The notes under the pieces were generated by a model. The model did no database searches. It saw nothing but the letters and a program-made list of their open reading frames with translations, and had not been told where the DNA came from. Position numbers and translations under genes: made by a program. This document shows positions 29,794 to 42,556 of a stretch of DNA of 64,000 bases, in pieces. The DNA is from Somniosus microcephalus (Eukaryota). The DNA lies in assembly GCA_052327205.1 (NCBI GenBank), contig CM126223.1, positions 51,956,001 to 52,020,000 of the forward strand, in the 5' to 3' direction. Position 1 is the stretch's first letter. Each line of letters begins with the position of its first letter.

Positions 29794-31566
29794 TTAATCC
29801 AAAGACTAGGACTAAACAGATACTGCCAAGTTGCTCTACAATCTTTATTCAGCTCTCCATACTCCTCCCTCAGGCCTTTTGTTGGTGAGCCAGTAACTTC
29901 CAATGTAATGCCACAAGTTGGTAACCTTTTAAAAGGCAAACTTCATTTAGATGTTTCCCTTCAACATTCAGGTGAGAATAGCTTTGACCAGCAAATTTGT
30001 GGCCCTACAATTCAACCAGAAAACATGGAAATATTATGAAGAAGCCAATTTGTGAAGAAGCCAATTTGTGTAAAGTCTTGCTGATTGTCACAAGTTACAA
30101 CACTAGAAATTAATTAATTTTAGTTAAGGTTAAAATCAATGTGGTCCAAGTCACAGAACTGAAATCTCAGGACCAACTAGCTGTCTATTTGATGCTAGGT
30201 ATATAATAAAGGCATCCAGAGCAATGCAGTATCTGTCTATAGTTAATGCTTTTGTAAAAAGGGGACCTTTTACAAAATTGCATTACATGTGAATCAGAGA
30301 CATTCAGCTGTATGCATTTCTAGAGCACAACACCACAGCACTCAAGGATGGGAACATCTACAACTAGCACTCGAGGCCAACATTTTCCCACTTGCAAGAA
30401 TTGATGTGGAGCAAGGCTACAAGAGAATTACTGCAAACTGTACAATCCCTATACCAAAGATCTTGCTGAATTACTACATTTTAAAGTTTTATTCTTCGTA
30501 CTAAAGCTCATCCACAATTCACATCAAGAGTTAGGAGTGAAGTTGGGCCAATGTTACAAATTTTTGGGGGGGGCACAGCCCCTTTAAAGGGCTCTGTGGC
30601 CCACAGTTTCACATGTGCAAAATTTGACATTAGAAAAGCCAGTCCCAGGCTGAGAGAGAACAGCTGAGAGCTGCACAGCTTAAGAGGGAACATTGGGTTG
30701 GGCTAGTCTTTTTGCATGTAACTGTTATTTTCCTCCCAAAAATTCAGCTCAATCTTATTCCATAGGAAGTTAGTCTCTAGACATTCTAAGACCCTTAACA
30801 GGGAACAGAACAAAGGGCAGGTTTCAGTCCACACTAGTGGACCAAACAGCCTTTTCTTGTTTGAGCTGGACAAAAAAAAAATTAAAGCATCATTTACTCA
30901 ATTGTGGTCAGACAAAAGCTGGAAAGAAAAAAAAATCCTCCCAGCTACTTAAGTGCAAGAAAGTACAGGGGGAAAAAAACCAACTGCTTAGTGCTTGTTC
31001 CCATCCCAAATATCCAGTAATACACAACACTACATAGCAATCAAGATGCAAAATTCAGGCTCAAGGCTCGGTTCTGGTCCGGTTCATAAACTGCAGCTTG
31101 CATTCCCTCACCCACCTATCTGAAGTTTCAGAATTCAGACCGATACAAACAAAATGCCTAAAAAAGTCTCGAGTTGGTGGGATTTAGCAAGTTGAAAGTC
31201 CAGCTCAAGATAAACTTACAACTATGAAGAGATAGCCAGCCATGACCAGGAAAAGCCACGTCCAACAGTTTTCCTCCATTTTATTTCTACCTCCTTTACT
31301 GCAGCTGGCTCAGGTTTGAGTGCTTTGAGATTACCTACACTGATTCTACAAAGATGTTAAAGGTATGTACAAATGTTAAGTGTCCAGGCAGGTTTGTTTT
31401 TTATAAAAAAAGGTTCAGTACATGTGGTTAGTCTTCAGCTACAACAGCTAACATTTCAGACATGTGATTCTGAAGACTATGAAGCATGAAAATGGTCAAG
31501 ACCCAACAGGCAGTTAAGTTTTATAAACAGGACCAGTCTCAAGAGTCGAGATTTAAAGTAACTCAC

Positions 31567-31569
31567 CAT
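31567..31569 (-). CDS. CLTC: Candidate 3-nt CLTC microexon (ATG) in intron 2; inserts one Asp (LK-D-AGK)
   Basis: Minus strand reads actgattcaattactttgcatttttttactgctttctttgtgtataagcag|ATG|gtgagt: long pyrimidine tract, TGC motifs, CAG acceptor, strong donor, frame preserved. Confidence 0.65.
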
Positions 31570-32829
31570 CTGCTTATACACAAAGAAAGCAGTAAAAAAA
31601 TGCAAAGTAATTGAATCAGTAAAACAAACTCCTTCAGATATTAAGTGTCACAAAAGCAAGCTTATAATTAAGTTAACCTTTGGTAGCCTGTTCTGTAGAT
31701 TTAAATCTCCACTATTTTATAATCTCCACTGTATTTTATAATGTGCCATACAGCAGCAGATTTAACACATGAAGCAGGCACTGCACGTCACTAGTAAACT
31801 TAATTTCCTACCTAAACCAAGTGCCATATGTATCAAGAATTTTTCAGCTTCCATATTTTTGCTTTTAAAAATAATTTATGTCAATTATACATGTAGACAG
31901 AGTGGAGGACATCAGGGGTAATAGCTAGGGGAAGCTACTGAACCAATGAGAAACCGAGATGTGTTGGCTTCAGTTGTTAATTCAATCAGGAACAGTAACT
32001 CCTCCAAACCAGCTCCTAATGTCATCAGCACTTCCTGCATAAAAGATCAAAAAATGTAGAACAGAAACAGTTAACATTCATAATTCTTTGTACAAGGCAA
32101 GAGTAGTATGGATTTTAAAGCAGGTCTTAAAATGGGCATTTAAAAAAATTCAGCCAAAATGCTAGCAGTGTTAAACATACAAAAAATGCAAGCAAAAGCT
32201 TCCTCCCATTGACTTTGCCCAAATGTAAGAGTCAGATAGATGATGGCTAGCTGGGTGTCAAGTCTATCCAGCAACTAGAATCCAAAATCAAAAACATTTG
32301 CTCAGGTTATCAAGCCAATCACACTGCAGCTTTTATTCTCTGCTGACACCAAATGTCTACCACCACAAGACCTACATCCACAGTATGTAGATGTGACAGT
32401 GAGAAACCATTTAAAGCTTGAGGACCACTGAAGTAGAATAAGCTGCACAGCAAATATTGTAGGTTGAAAGTCTAAAAAGGCAGTTTATTTCTGCAGTTGG
32501 GACTGGCCCTATTTATGCCTCCAGTTTACTTTCCCACCCTGTGCTATACTCTGCAAGACCAGCTGCAAACAGAAAATTGGTTTTATGCACATGTCCAATG
32601 TAATGACATTGCAGAGGGGTTAGACAATGGCTGGGGATTTGTGTTAGTAATGACAGTGAAAACTCGTGTTCACCCTCATTACTCCAAAACTGACAGCAAC
32701 TTCTGGCATCTGCACATGTGCAGTTAAACACAGAAATCCAGAAGTTGCCAGTGATTTCCCTGCTCCTCCACAGGGTGCACAGTTAAAGTCTTCAGATAGA
32801 AATCTAAAGATCACTTGAATTGGCAAACT

Positions 32830-32860
<31 letters not shown>

Positions 32861-33764
32861 TTACACTCCAATCTCACTGTAAAAACCTCTGGGGGAAAAA
32901 AAAAGTTAAGCCTTCTTGAATGTGGTGTAACTGGGGCATACAAAGTCATAATTACTGAAAACCTCCAACCTTGACATTCCACAAATAAATTTAGTTTTTC
33001 AAGATTCTCCATTAGTTAATGATATTTCAACTTAATCCCATGTGTATGTCCCAATCTTTATTTTTACTCTAATATTATCTGAAAGGATAATCAGTGCTTT
33101 TTTTAATTTTTTTAAATAAACTTCCTGGCTTGCTGTCTTGAGAATTCTTAACTGCGATTGGCTGCTCAGCCTGCTTGATGACACTGTTGCAAGATGCCAG
33201 AGATCCCTACACATGGCACCACAATGAAATTAATGGTAGGAAAGGTGAAATAGATGCCACAGACATCACTAGATGTTTGTGGGCAGTTTTGAGGTCGCTG
33301 ACTGCAAAATCCAGGCCATTCAGTTCTCATTTAGCGGGCCAAAAGCAGAACGTGAATCCAGTGGCAGTACACAACAAAATAAGTGGTCACTGCCAATAAA
33401 AAATATTTAGGCTTGTCTAGTTTTAATTACTGCTACCTACACATTTACCAGTAAGATGCAATGTAAAAGCACCTTAATAGGAACAGGGAACTAGGTTTAA
33501 AGTCTGAACCACCCACAACTTGCTTTAAGCAAACTACCCAGAGGATTAAAAAAAAACAAATGGCACTTTCCTCATTTTGCCCCACAATTTGCTTTCACAA
33601 TACATGAGTTTTAAGAACTTGAATTTTGCACTGGAGGACATGGTGGGGCAGGCTGTGCTATTTCCAGTATACACAGTTCATTGTGATATCATCTACAAGG
33701 TTTTACTTCATTAGGAAGCACAGGCTTGCCTGGAGTTAGCTACTATTCATTCTCAGGAACAGTG

Positions 33765-33900
33765 TTGCTGGCAAGGCTGGCATTTATTGCCCAGCCAATT
33801 GCCCCAAGTGATACAACCAAGGGTAGTGTCAGCCACATTGGTGCAGGACTGGAGTCACAAGCAAGGTTTCCTTCCCAAAAAGGACATTAGTGAACCAATT
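33765..33900 (-). mobile_element. SINE 3' fragment, same family as 46020-46405
   Basis: ctggcaaggctggcatttattgccc...ctggagtcac...aaggacattagtgaacca. Confidence 0.65.
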
Positions 33901-36232
33901 AGTAATTGAAATCTTAAGCTTAAGCACTGGGAAGATGTCCAATTTTAGGTGACTACCAAAGTGAAATACTAAACAGTAATATTTAACTAAAGAGCAGTTT
34001 TACAAAAATAAAATCTGTCTTAAATAAATTTGGATAATTTCAACTACTTTAAGTTAAAACCCACACTGTAGCAATTGGTTTTCAATTAAAGCCTACTGCA
34101 GATATATTAAGCCAACCTCATTTAAGTACTGCAGGTTATCCATTGATACACAATCAACTGGAGGTTGAATAACTACAGTAAAAGTACACTCCGCTAGATC
34201 AGAGGTGACCAAGTGATAAAAGCCTGAATTTTCTGACAGGGATGAAGTCACTGGAGAATTCCACATCTGCCTTATTGGAGCACGAGGAGGAAGCATGGCA
34301 ATTGCATCTCCCCTCATCCAGAAAAAGACCTAGATGCAAGAAAGAGACCTGGACGCAAGATTTAACAAACGGTTTACTTGACAAGATAGCCAAAAACCCT
34401 TAGCTGGATGAGACTCCATCCTAAATCCAAATTGTATTGGATGCCCAAACAAGCAAAATATTTCAGCTGTTGTAAAGATCAGTTTCTGAATGCTTCAGCT
34501 AAAACTTACTTTGCAAAATGCCTACATTAACACACTAAGCTAAACATTCAATTCTACCTGGACCAGCTAGAGGCAGCTGGAACCAGATACTGATCACTAC
34601 ATCAAAGCTCGTTTCTTGCAACATTTCAGTGGCTCAGCAAGCTTTATTCTACAGTTACCCATACTGAAGGGCAAGTGAAAGTGATCTTACTGCCTTTCAC
34701 TAAAGCCCATTACAAGTAACTACATTCAAAAACAATGTTAAATATGGATTTCAGATAAGTGGGTAAAAATTGAAATCATCCAGTATATTTGGACAACTGG
34801 GATGTGATTTATTGTAAATAAAAGCAAGGTACAATCACCATGAACAATGCACTAAACACCAGCATTTGTTGCAACTAACCATCTGATCAGTTCCTTGCAA
34901 GCTTTAAGTTGGTCAAAAGTTTTAAGATTTATATAATTTGTATTCCCAATTAGGTCCATCTTAATTAAAATTAGTTTCTCTGCACATGAGCCTGCATTCC
35001 TCACCCTCTGGTAGGGAACACAAGACCCTCCTACTAGCATGGGGGGCATATTTCTTGGTTGTGTTGTCAAGATGCCCAACTTCAGTGGCATCTCTTTTCT
35101 CCCCCCCCCAGAATCTTAATCCATATTCTGTGATCCTGAATCATGACTTTTGAATCATCTAGAAGAAAATATTGGCGACTAAGGGATCTGTTTTGCAAAA
35201 ATGTTCTAAGCTATCTGCTGCTCTTCATTTGCACTAGTTTTGCCTATTTAAGTTTGGAGCATTTAAAACAGCTTCTGACAGATTGGAGTTGATTTAAGGG
35301 ATGTTTTGAGAATGGCAGGAGTCGAGATACTAAGTAACAGATGGCACAGGATCAGAATTGAAAGGTGTCAGTGTTTACTAGTACAAGCATCCTAGAAGCC
35401 AGTGACCAATAGGCTCATCAATTCTGCTGGCACACAAACTACTGGAATTCCATTGCTCCAAGAAGATCAGAGAAAAGCCTGTGCAGACTAGGAGCACCAG
35501 CTGATACTGCCCTCGGGTGTGGGCTGTTAAGTTAGCTTTCAGTTTAAGCAAACATGCACTAGTGATGTAGGGAAAAGTCAGTGAACACAGATTCAAGAGG
35601 GTACTGAACAGTTCTGGTGTGAATGAGCCAGAGGAGCAACCATCATTGCTGGTGACCTCTTGCTAAGGCCAAGTACAGAATTATCCTTTTCAATGTGCAC
35701 TGGCAACAAAAGGTGCTGCCATGACCAGCAGGAGCAGATAAGAATCAGTTACCACAAAACCAAGATGTCCTTCTGCTAATGTCCCATTTGAATCAGTCCC
35801 TTGCACCAAGTTACCCATGGACACAGGCAAAGACGATTGTTACATAAACATGATACAGCTACCATGTTGCAAATCCAAGCTTTGGAAACAAGTGAACTCT
35901 AGGTCAGTGCAAAAAATTGAGTTTTATGCACTTCTAGGCACTGGTAACTAACTTCTCAAATTGAAACATGTGCACTTGCCATCATTTGAAGCCACTAGTC
36001 AACAAGTCCATAGCTGTGTTAAGGGAACCATTTACAGATGAATGCCAATGTAGTGACAAGACAATGGCTCAAGCCTGCACTAAAGAAAGTTCAATCCAAA
36101 ACAGACAGGAATGTGGAAAAAGCCATCTGTAAACCTAGCAATCAGTACTAAAGCAGACATCAAACTCTCCCCACTGGCAAACATTACAAAAATAAATCAG
36201 CACCTTTTAGTCAATTGCCACCAAACCATTTA

Positions 36233-36478
<246 letters not shown>

Positions 36479-36854
36479 TCAGCATTCAAAGTGCATCTAG
36501 GCCAAAAAAAGTTACACCAATCAGAGGATGCTGTGCAAGAGCGAGATGTGGAAACATGGATTTAAATCCATGAAATTCTCTTTGCTACAACCAAGTCCTA
36601 TACACGAGATCAAAATAAATGACCACTTGGTTATATAGTCGAGACCCAGAACTACTAATGGTTCCAATAAACTTTACTTATTTTCAATGTTGATGCCCTA
36701 CACCATGAGAAAAAAAGATAAACCAAGTGATGTTACACCATGCTTAAATTTTAAGTCTGTAGGAAGACTTTTAGACAAGGAAGAGTTTGGTTGCTTCAGC
36801 AAGCCAGGCATACATGCTTGTACACCAAATTACCTCGGATACTAACCACAAATG

Positions 36855-37340
36855 GTGCGTGATGGAATACCCTCCACTTGTCTGGATGAGTGCAGCTCCA
36901 ACAAGCTCTACACCATCCAGGACAAAGCAAACTGCTTGATTGGCACCCCATCCACCACCTTAAACATTCACTCCCTCCACTACCGGCGTACCATGGCTGC
37001 AGTGTACACCTACAAGATGCACTGCAGCAACTTGCCAAGGCTTCTTCAGCAGCACCTCCCAAACCTGTGACCTCTACCACCTAGAAAGGCAAGGGCAGCA
37101 GGTGCTTGGGACCAGCACCATCTCCAAGTTCCCCTCCAAGTCTCACACCATCCTGACTTAGAAGTATATTGCTGATCCTTCATCACTGGGTCAAAATCCT
37201 GGAATTCCCTACCTAACAGCACAGAGTACCTTCACCACAGACTGCAGCATTTCAAGAAAGCAGCTCACCACCACCCTCGAGAGCAATTAGGGATGGGCAA
37301 TAAATGCTGGCCTTGCCAGTGACACCCACATCCCATAAAC
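36855..37340 (+). mobile_element. 3' end of a second LINE family (CR1/L2 group), 5' truncated
   Basis: Decayed RT C-terminus (EYxPLxWM..., TIQDKANCLIG, HSLHYRR) and tail gggatgggcaataaatgctggccttgccag. Confidence 0.8.
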
Positions 37341-38512
37341 AAAACAATTAGCTCAACTTTAACCTCCTACTGCACATTGTTTCCTTAGTTTTGCCCATCA
37401 ATACTATTGTGAATGCCTGCCTCTAACCCAGGTGCTATTTCACTTCAGTTGATTATTATGACCAAGACATTTCAAAAGCAACTAGAATATATTTAGTATG
37501 CAAAAATCCAAATTTGCAGGTAATTAACCCCTTTCTTCCCCCCCCCCCCACCCAAACCAAGAAAGTGTGCATTGAGTGAAGAGCAACATTCAGGGAAATG
37601 GTGCACAAGTTTGCTACTTACAACTATGGCTCTCAACCAAGACGAGAGGGCACAATCCAGGCATCATGTCTGGGTGAAAGACTGCAAGCAGTTAAGTTAA
37701 CTAATCATAACCAGCAAGACTAAAATTTGAAGAATTGGTTCCAGGTCTAAAAAGTCAATACAATTACGATCAGAACTTAGCATGCTAGGAATTAAGGGGA
37801 ACTGGGGACATTCTAAAATCGTCAAATTTATATGACTTCTGTGCGGAAACTAGGAGATTTAAGTAGCAAAAATACACTTCTAGCACCAAGGTTTAAAACA
37901 ATTCAATTCACATTTAGTCATTGGTGTATCTCAACATTCACCAATCTTTAAACCTGTGAGCACTCATCCTGCTGCCATGATGTGATAAAATGGGTGCAAT
38001 TTACCCTGTTCATAATCTAAAGCTATGCAGCAGTAGCTGAAAACTGCAATGAGAAGCTGCAAGACATCAGATTAGGAGTTGGGAGTAACTGATGCTTAGT
38101 CAATTCTGTAACTGAAATGCCCTTGGCCAGTCATGAATGAAGATACTTTATCAATACTCAACTAGATCATAAATCCAAATGCTACAATTCTAGTTCACAA
38201 CAGGAGTTAGTCATTTTGATTACTTGTAATTTTAAGGTTATCCTACTTTTTAGAGAAGGGTCTAAAAATCTGGAGACAAGTTGGACCAGGTAATGTTTAA
38301 GACAGCTGGGTTCTCCAATAAGTGGTTACTTCTGGAATGGAGGAAGATACTCATGGCAGTAGAGTGCAAAACACAACATTTAATACTAAAATGAATACAC
38401 TAAATCCCAAGGAGATTTCCCCAAGGAGTGACCAAGTCAGTTTACATGGTAGGATGACAATAGTCAGACATGGGTAGAGTTACCACCTGACTTCAGTCGC
38501 CTGTTGTCAATT

Positions 38513-38682
38513 GGAAATAATGCTGGAAACTCAGGTCACGCAGCATCTGTGGAGAAACAATGAACGTTTCAGGTCGATGACTTTGTCAACGACCTGAAAC
38601 ATTAACTCTGGTTTCCTTCTCCACAGATGCTGCCTGACCAAGTATTTCCAGATCCAACATCTGCAGTATTTTGCTTTTGTAT
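38513..38682. mobile_element. Palindromic Penelope-like terminal repeat (non-autonomous)
   Basis: Inverted arms gcagcatctgtggagaa/ttctccacagatgctgc and gtttcaggtcgatgac/gtcaacgacctgaaac around a ttt loop; family assignment from recall. Confidence 0.7.
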
Positions 38683-40496
38683 TAAAAGGTCATTGGATGG
38701 GATGGGGGGGGGGGGGGGGGGGGCACGAAGTGAAAAAGGCAGCAAGTACTTCTAGATGCCATGATATTACAACAACATAGCCAATTAGGTAAAGTGCTCC
38801 ATTTCATCCCTATTTCAAATCAAGCAGTCAGTATTGTATATCTAAATAAATTGCCACTATAGAAGATCCCAACTAGTTTAGAGAGCAAGCCTCATTTCTC
38901 AAAACTACATGTAGGGCCAGAACAAGATTGTCAATGTCAGTTGTAGGTCATCAACCTACACCCAATATTCTAATTAAACCAGCACCCCAATACCAGGCAC
39001 AAACATGTACTGGGGCTGAATAACCCACAATTAACTAGGGACATTATGATGAAGACATCAACAAGAAAAAAACCTACAAGATTCCAATATTCCATGATAA
39101 ACAAATCAATGATTCAATTGTACTTGATTCTGTAGCACCTAATCATCTGACAGTTATTTTAGCATTCTCCAGGGTCACTTTTTCCATGAGTTCACCAGAC
39201 TGCTGTTTTCTATTGGCAGTCATACTACAGCATGTTCAATTTCAACTGAATATAGAATCAGTTAAATTAAAAGGAATCCATTCTTTAAAAATGTTCCTAA
39301 TGAGCATAGCATTAAAGTTTGATCAAAACTTGCTTTTTTGTATATACGCCAGTGCATTTATTCATGACATTTGATTATAAAACGTGACAAAACATGTGAC
39401 ACTAGATTTACTCAATACAGCATGGCTGTCTTGCGTTTCAGTAAGCATATCAAAATTCAGTATGCAAAGGAAAGTGGGATTTAGACAAGGAGAGTTGAAT
39501 CAATTTTGAAACTGGGTTTCCACATGGTTTTAGAAAGCTGTTCTTGGTCAGTTTGTAGAGATGGTAATTTAGAGAACTACATTATTCATGGTTAGTGATA
39601 CTGAAAAGCTACACTGGTGCACACTACAAAACAGCCAGTCACCGCTCTAGTCAGCTGCCAGAATTTTCAGATGGAAAACATCCCTCAAGGTGATTGATAA
39701 ACTCACTCATTGCTGAATTAACAATTTCAAAGTAGTCACATGAAGATTCCTCTTGCAAGATATCCTGCACCTTCAGAGGATGGACAACATGCTGTTTTTG
39801 CCACCTGTCTGCATTTTTCAAAGAGTCAACAGACTGCTTTGATGCATATTGTACATTTCAATTAGACTTCAGATGTACTGATTTGAGTACCAAACTTGCC
39901 CTTAGGAGCTAGTTCAGACCCATTTCTAATAGTGTTGTGTTATGTCTTGCAGTACTGTTAACTCAGTATGCTGACCTGACCATTCCAAAAAGCCTGGAAG
40001 GGCATAATAAAGGTTGTGTTATGTAATGTAAAGGGACAGAAAAATGCTACTTTTGCAAATCAGTACAACTTGCAAATGCTCAACAGCAGACAGGTTTTAA
40101 TTCAAATTCACTATTGGAAATTAAGCTTAGACAAGTTGAATCAATTTTGTCTGCATCATGTATGCCTCCACTTTAGCCAGATGTTCTCCCTGCTCTTTCA
40201 AAGCAATGAAAGAACTACAGTTGAGAATAGGCAAGCTGCTCAGGCCCAGATGACTGTTGCTCTGGCCCAGATGACACTTGCTCTGACCAGCTGCAATGTG
40301 GTGCCAGAAGTGGTCCTATAATCAACATTTCTTCACGAGGATAGAAATTTACACCGCATGGTCATTTTGTTCATAGTCTGTGCTGACCCTTTGCTAGAGT
40401 CATCCAAAAAGGTCATCCCATTGCCCTGTCTCTGCCTGCAGTGCTGTATCACTTGCCTCAAGGATGCAATGGTCTTTGCCTCAAATACTGCCTGTC

Positions 40497-41850
40497 CCAT
40501 AGAAACATAGAAGATAGGAGTAGGCCATTTGGCCCCTCAAGCCTGCTCCGCCATTCAATGAGATCATGGCTGATCATTGAAATTCAGTACCCAGTTCCTG
40601 CCTTCTCTCCATATCCCTTGAGCCTTAAGAAATATATCCAACTCCTTCTTCAATATATTTAATGAATTGGCCTCTACTGCTTTCTTTGGTAGAGAATTCC
40701 ACAGGTTCACCACTCGGTGAAGAAATTCCTCATCTGTCCTAAATGGCTTACCCCTTATCCTTAGACTGTGACCCCTGGTTCTGGACTCCCCAACCATCAG
40801 GAACATCCTTCCTGCATCTAGTCGGTCTAGTCCTGTTAGAATTTTAAACGTTTCAATGAGATCCCCTCATTCTTCTGAACTCCAGCAAGTACAAGCCCAA
40901 TCAACCCAATCTCTCATACATCATTCCTGCCATCCCAGGTATCAGCCTGGTGAATCTTTGCTGCACTCCTTCCATGGCAAGAACATCCTTCCTCAGATAA
41001 GGCGACCAAAACTGCACACAATACTCAAGATGTGGTCTCACCAAGGCCCTGTACAACTGCAGCAAGACATCCTTGTCCCTGTACTCAAACCCTCTCGCTA
41101 CAAAGGTCAACATACCATTTGCCTTCTTAACCGCCTGCTGCACCTGCATGCTTACCTTCAGCGACTGGTGCACAAGGACACCCAGGTCTCGTTGCACTTC
41201 CCCTTCTATTGCCACTCAATAATCTGCCTTCCTGTTGGACACCAAAGTAGATAACCTCGCATTTATCCATGTTATATTGCATCTGCCATGCTTCTGCCCA
41301 ATCACCCAACTTGTCCAAATCATCCTGGAGTTTCTCAGCATCCTCCTCACAGCACACACCCACCTTTGTCTCATCTGCAAACTTGGAGATATTACATCTA
41401 GTTCCCTTGTCCAGATTAATATATCTGGTGAATAGCTGGGGTCCAAGGACCAATCTCTGCGGTACCCCACTAGTCACTGCCTGCCACTCGGAAAAAGCCG
41501 TTTATTCCAATGGCTTTCTGTCTGCCAACCAGTTCTCTATCCAAGTCAATAGCTTGCCCCCAATCCCATGTGCCTTAACTTTACACACTAATCTCTTATG
41601 TGGGACCTTATCAAAAAGCCTTTTGAAAGTCCAAATACACCACATCCACTGGTTCTCCCTCATCTATTTTACCATTTACATCCTCAAAATTCCAGTTGAT
41701 TAGTCAAGCACGATTTATCTTTTGTAAATCCATGTTGACTTTGTCCAATCCAGGTCACTGTTTTCCAAGTGCTCTGCTATTACATCTTTTATAATGGACT
41801 CTAGCATTTTCCCCACTACCGATGTCAGGCTTACTGGTCTGTAATTCCCC
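40497..41850 (-). mobile_element. 5'-truncated CR1 LINE (RT plus 3' UTR)
   Basis: Minus-strand ORF fragments TSGVPQ..LGPQLF, ISKFADETK, LYRALVRPHLEYCVQFWSP, ESRTRGHSLRI; tail catagaaacatagaa. Confidence 0.95.
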
Positions 41851-42149
41851 ATTGCTCAAACACTGAGGAGCACCCACACATTTCAGTCAGATTGCAAGAG
41901 ATCAGGAGCCCATCAGCACCAAGGCAAATTTAACTTTATAGAAAGACCAAGTTAGGGAACTTTGGCCCTGTGAAGCAGCAATAGTAAGGCGAGTCTTAAT
42001 CATCTTTTGCATTTTCCCCCCATATGGAAGCAACTAACCACCACTTTTTGCTCAAGTTGCTGCATTCCAAAAGTAGCTCATGCATGATGCACTTGGCTGT
42101 TTAGATAAGACAAGTATACTAGTTTTTACTTTCTCATGCAACACAAGAA

Positions 42150-42556
42150 ACAAAACTCATTTGTATAGCACTTCTCAGCCTCAGGACATCCCAAAGCACT
42201 TCACAGCCAGTGAAAAGTACTTTTGAAGTGCAGTCACTTGTAATGTAGGAAATGCAGCAGGCAATTTGCACAGCAGGGTCCCAGCAATGAAACAAATGAC
42301 CAGATCATGTTTTAGGCATTAAACAAGGGATAAATGTTGGCCAGTACACTGGAGAACTTCCCCCACCCCCCTTTTTGAATAGGGCCATGGTATCTTGATG
42401 TCCACTTGAGGCATCAGGTTGAATACCTCATCTAAATGACGGCAGCTCCCGACAGTGCTGCACTGGTATAGCCTGGATTATGTGCTCAAGTCGAGCAGGG
42501 CTTGAACCCACAATCTTCTGACTGAAGAGAATCCTACTTCTGAGCCATGGCGGACA
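42150..42556 (-). mobile_element. Near full-length Deu-domain tRNA-derived SINE (SacSINE1/AmnSINE1 superfamily)
   Basis: Minus strand has a tRNA-like head (tggctcagaag...gggttcaagccc, A/B boxes), a central gcagcactgtcgggagctgccgtcatttagatgag core and a tail ...gctatacaaatg; family name from recall. Confidence 0.8.

Noticed and set aside
42490-42556. tRNA gene (A/B-box-like sequence; a similar one at 46330-46400)
   Set aside because: No complete cloverleaf, and each continues into a SINE body and tail, so these are SINE heads.
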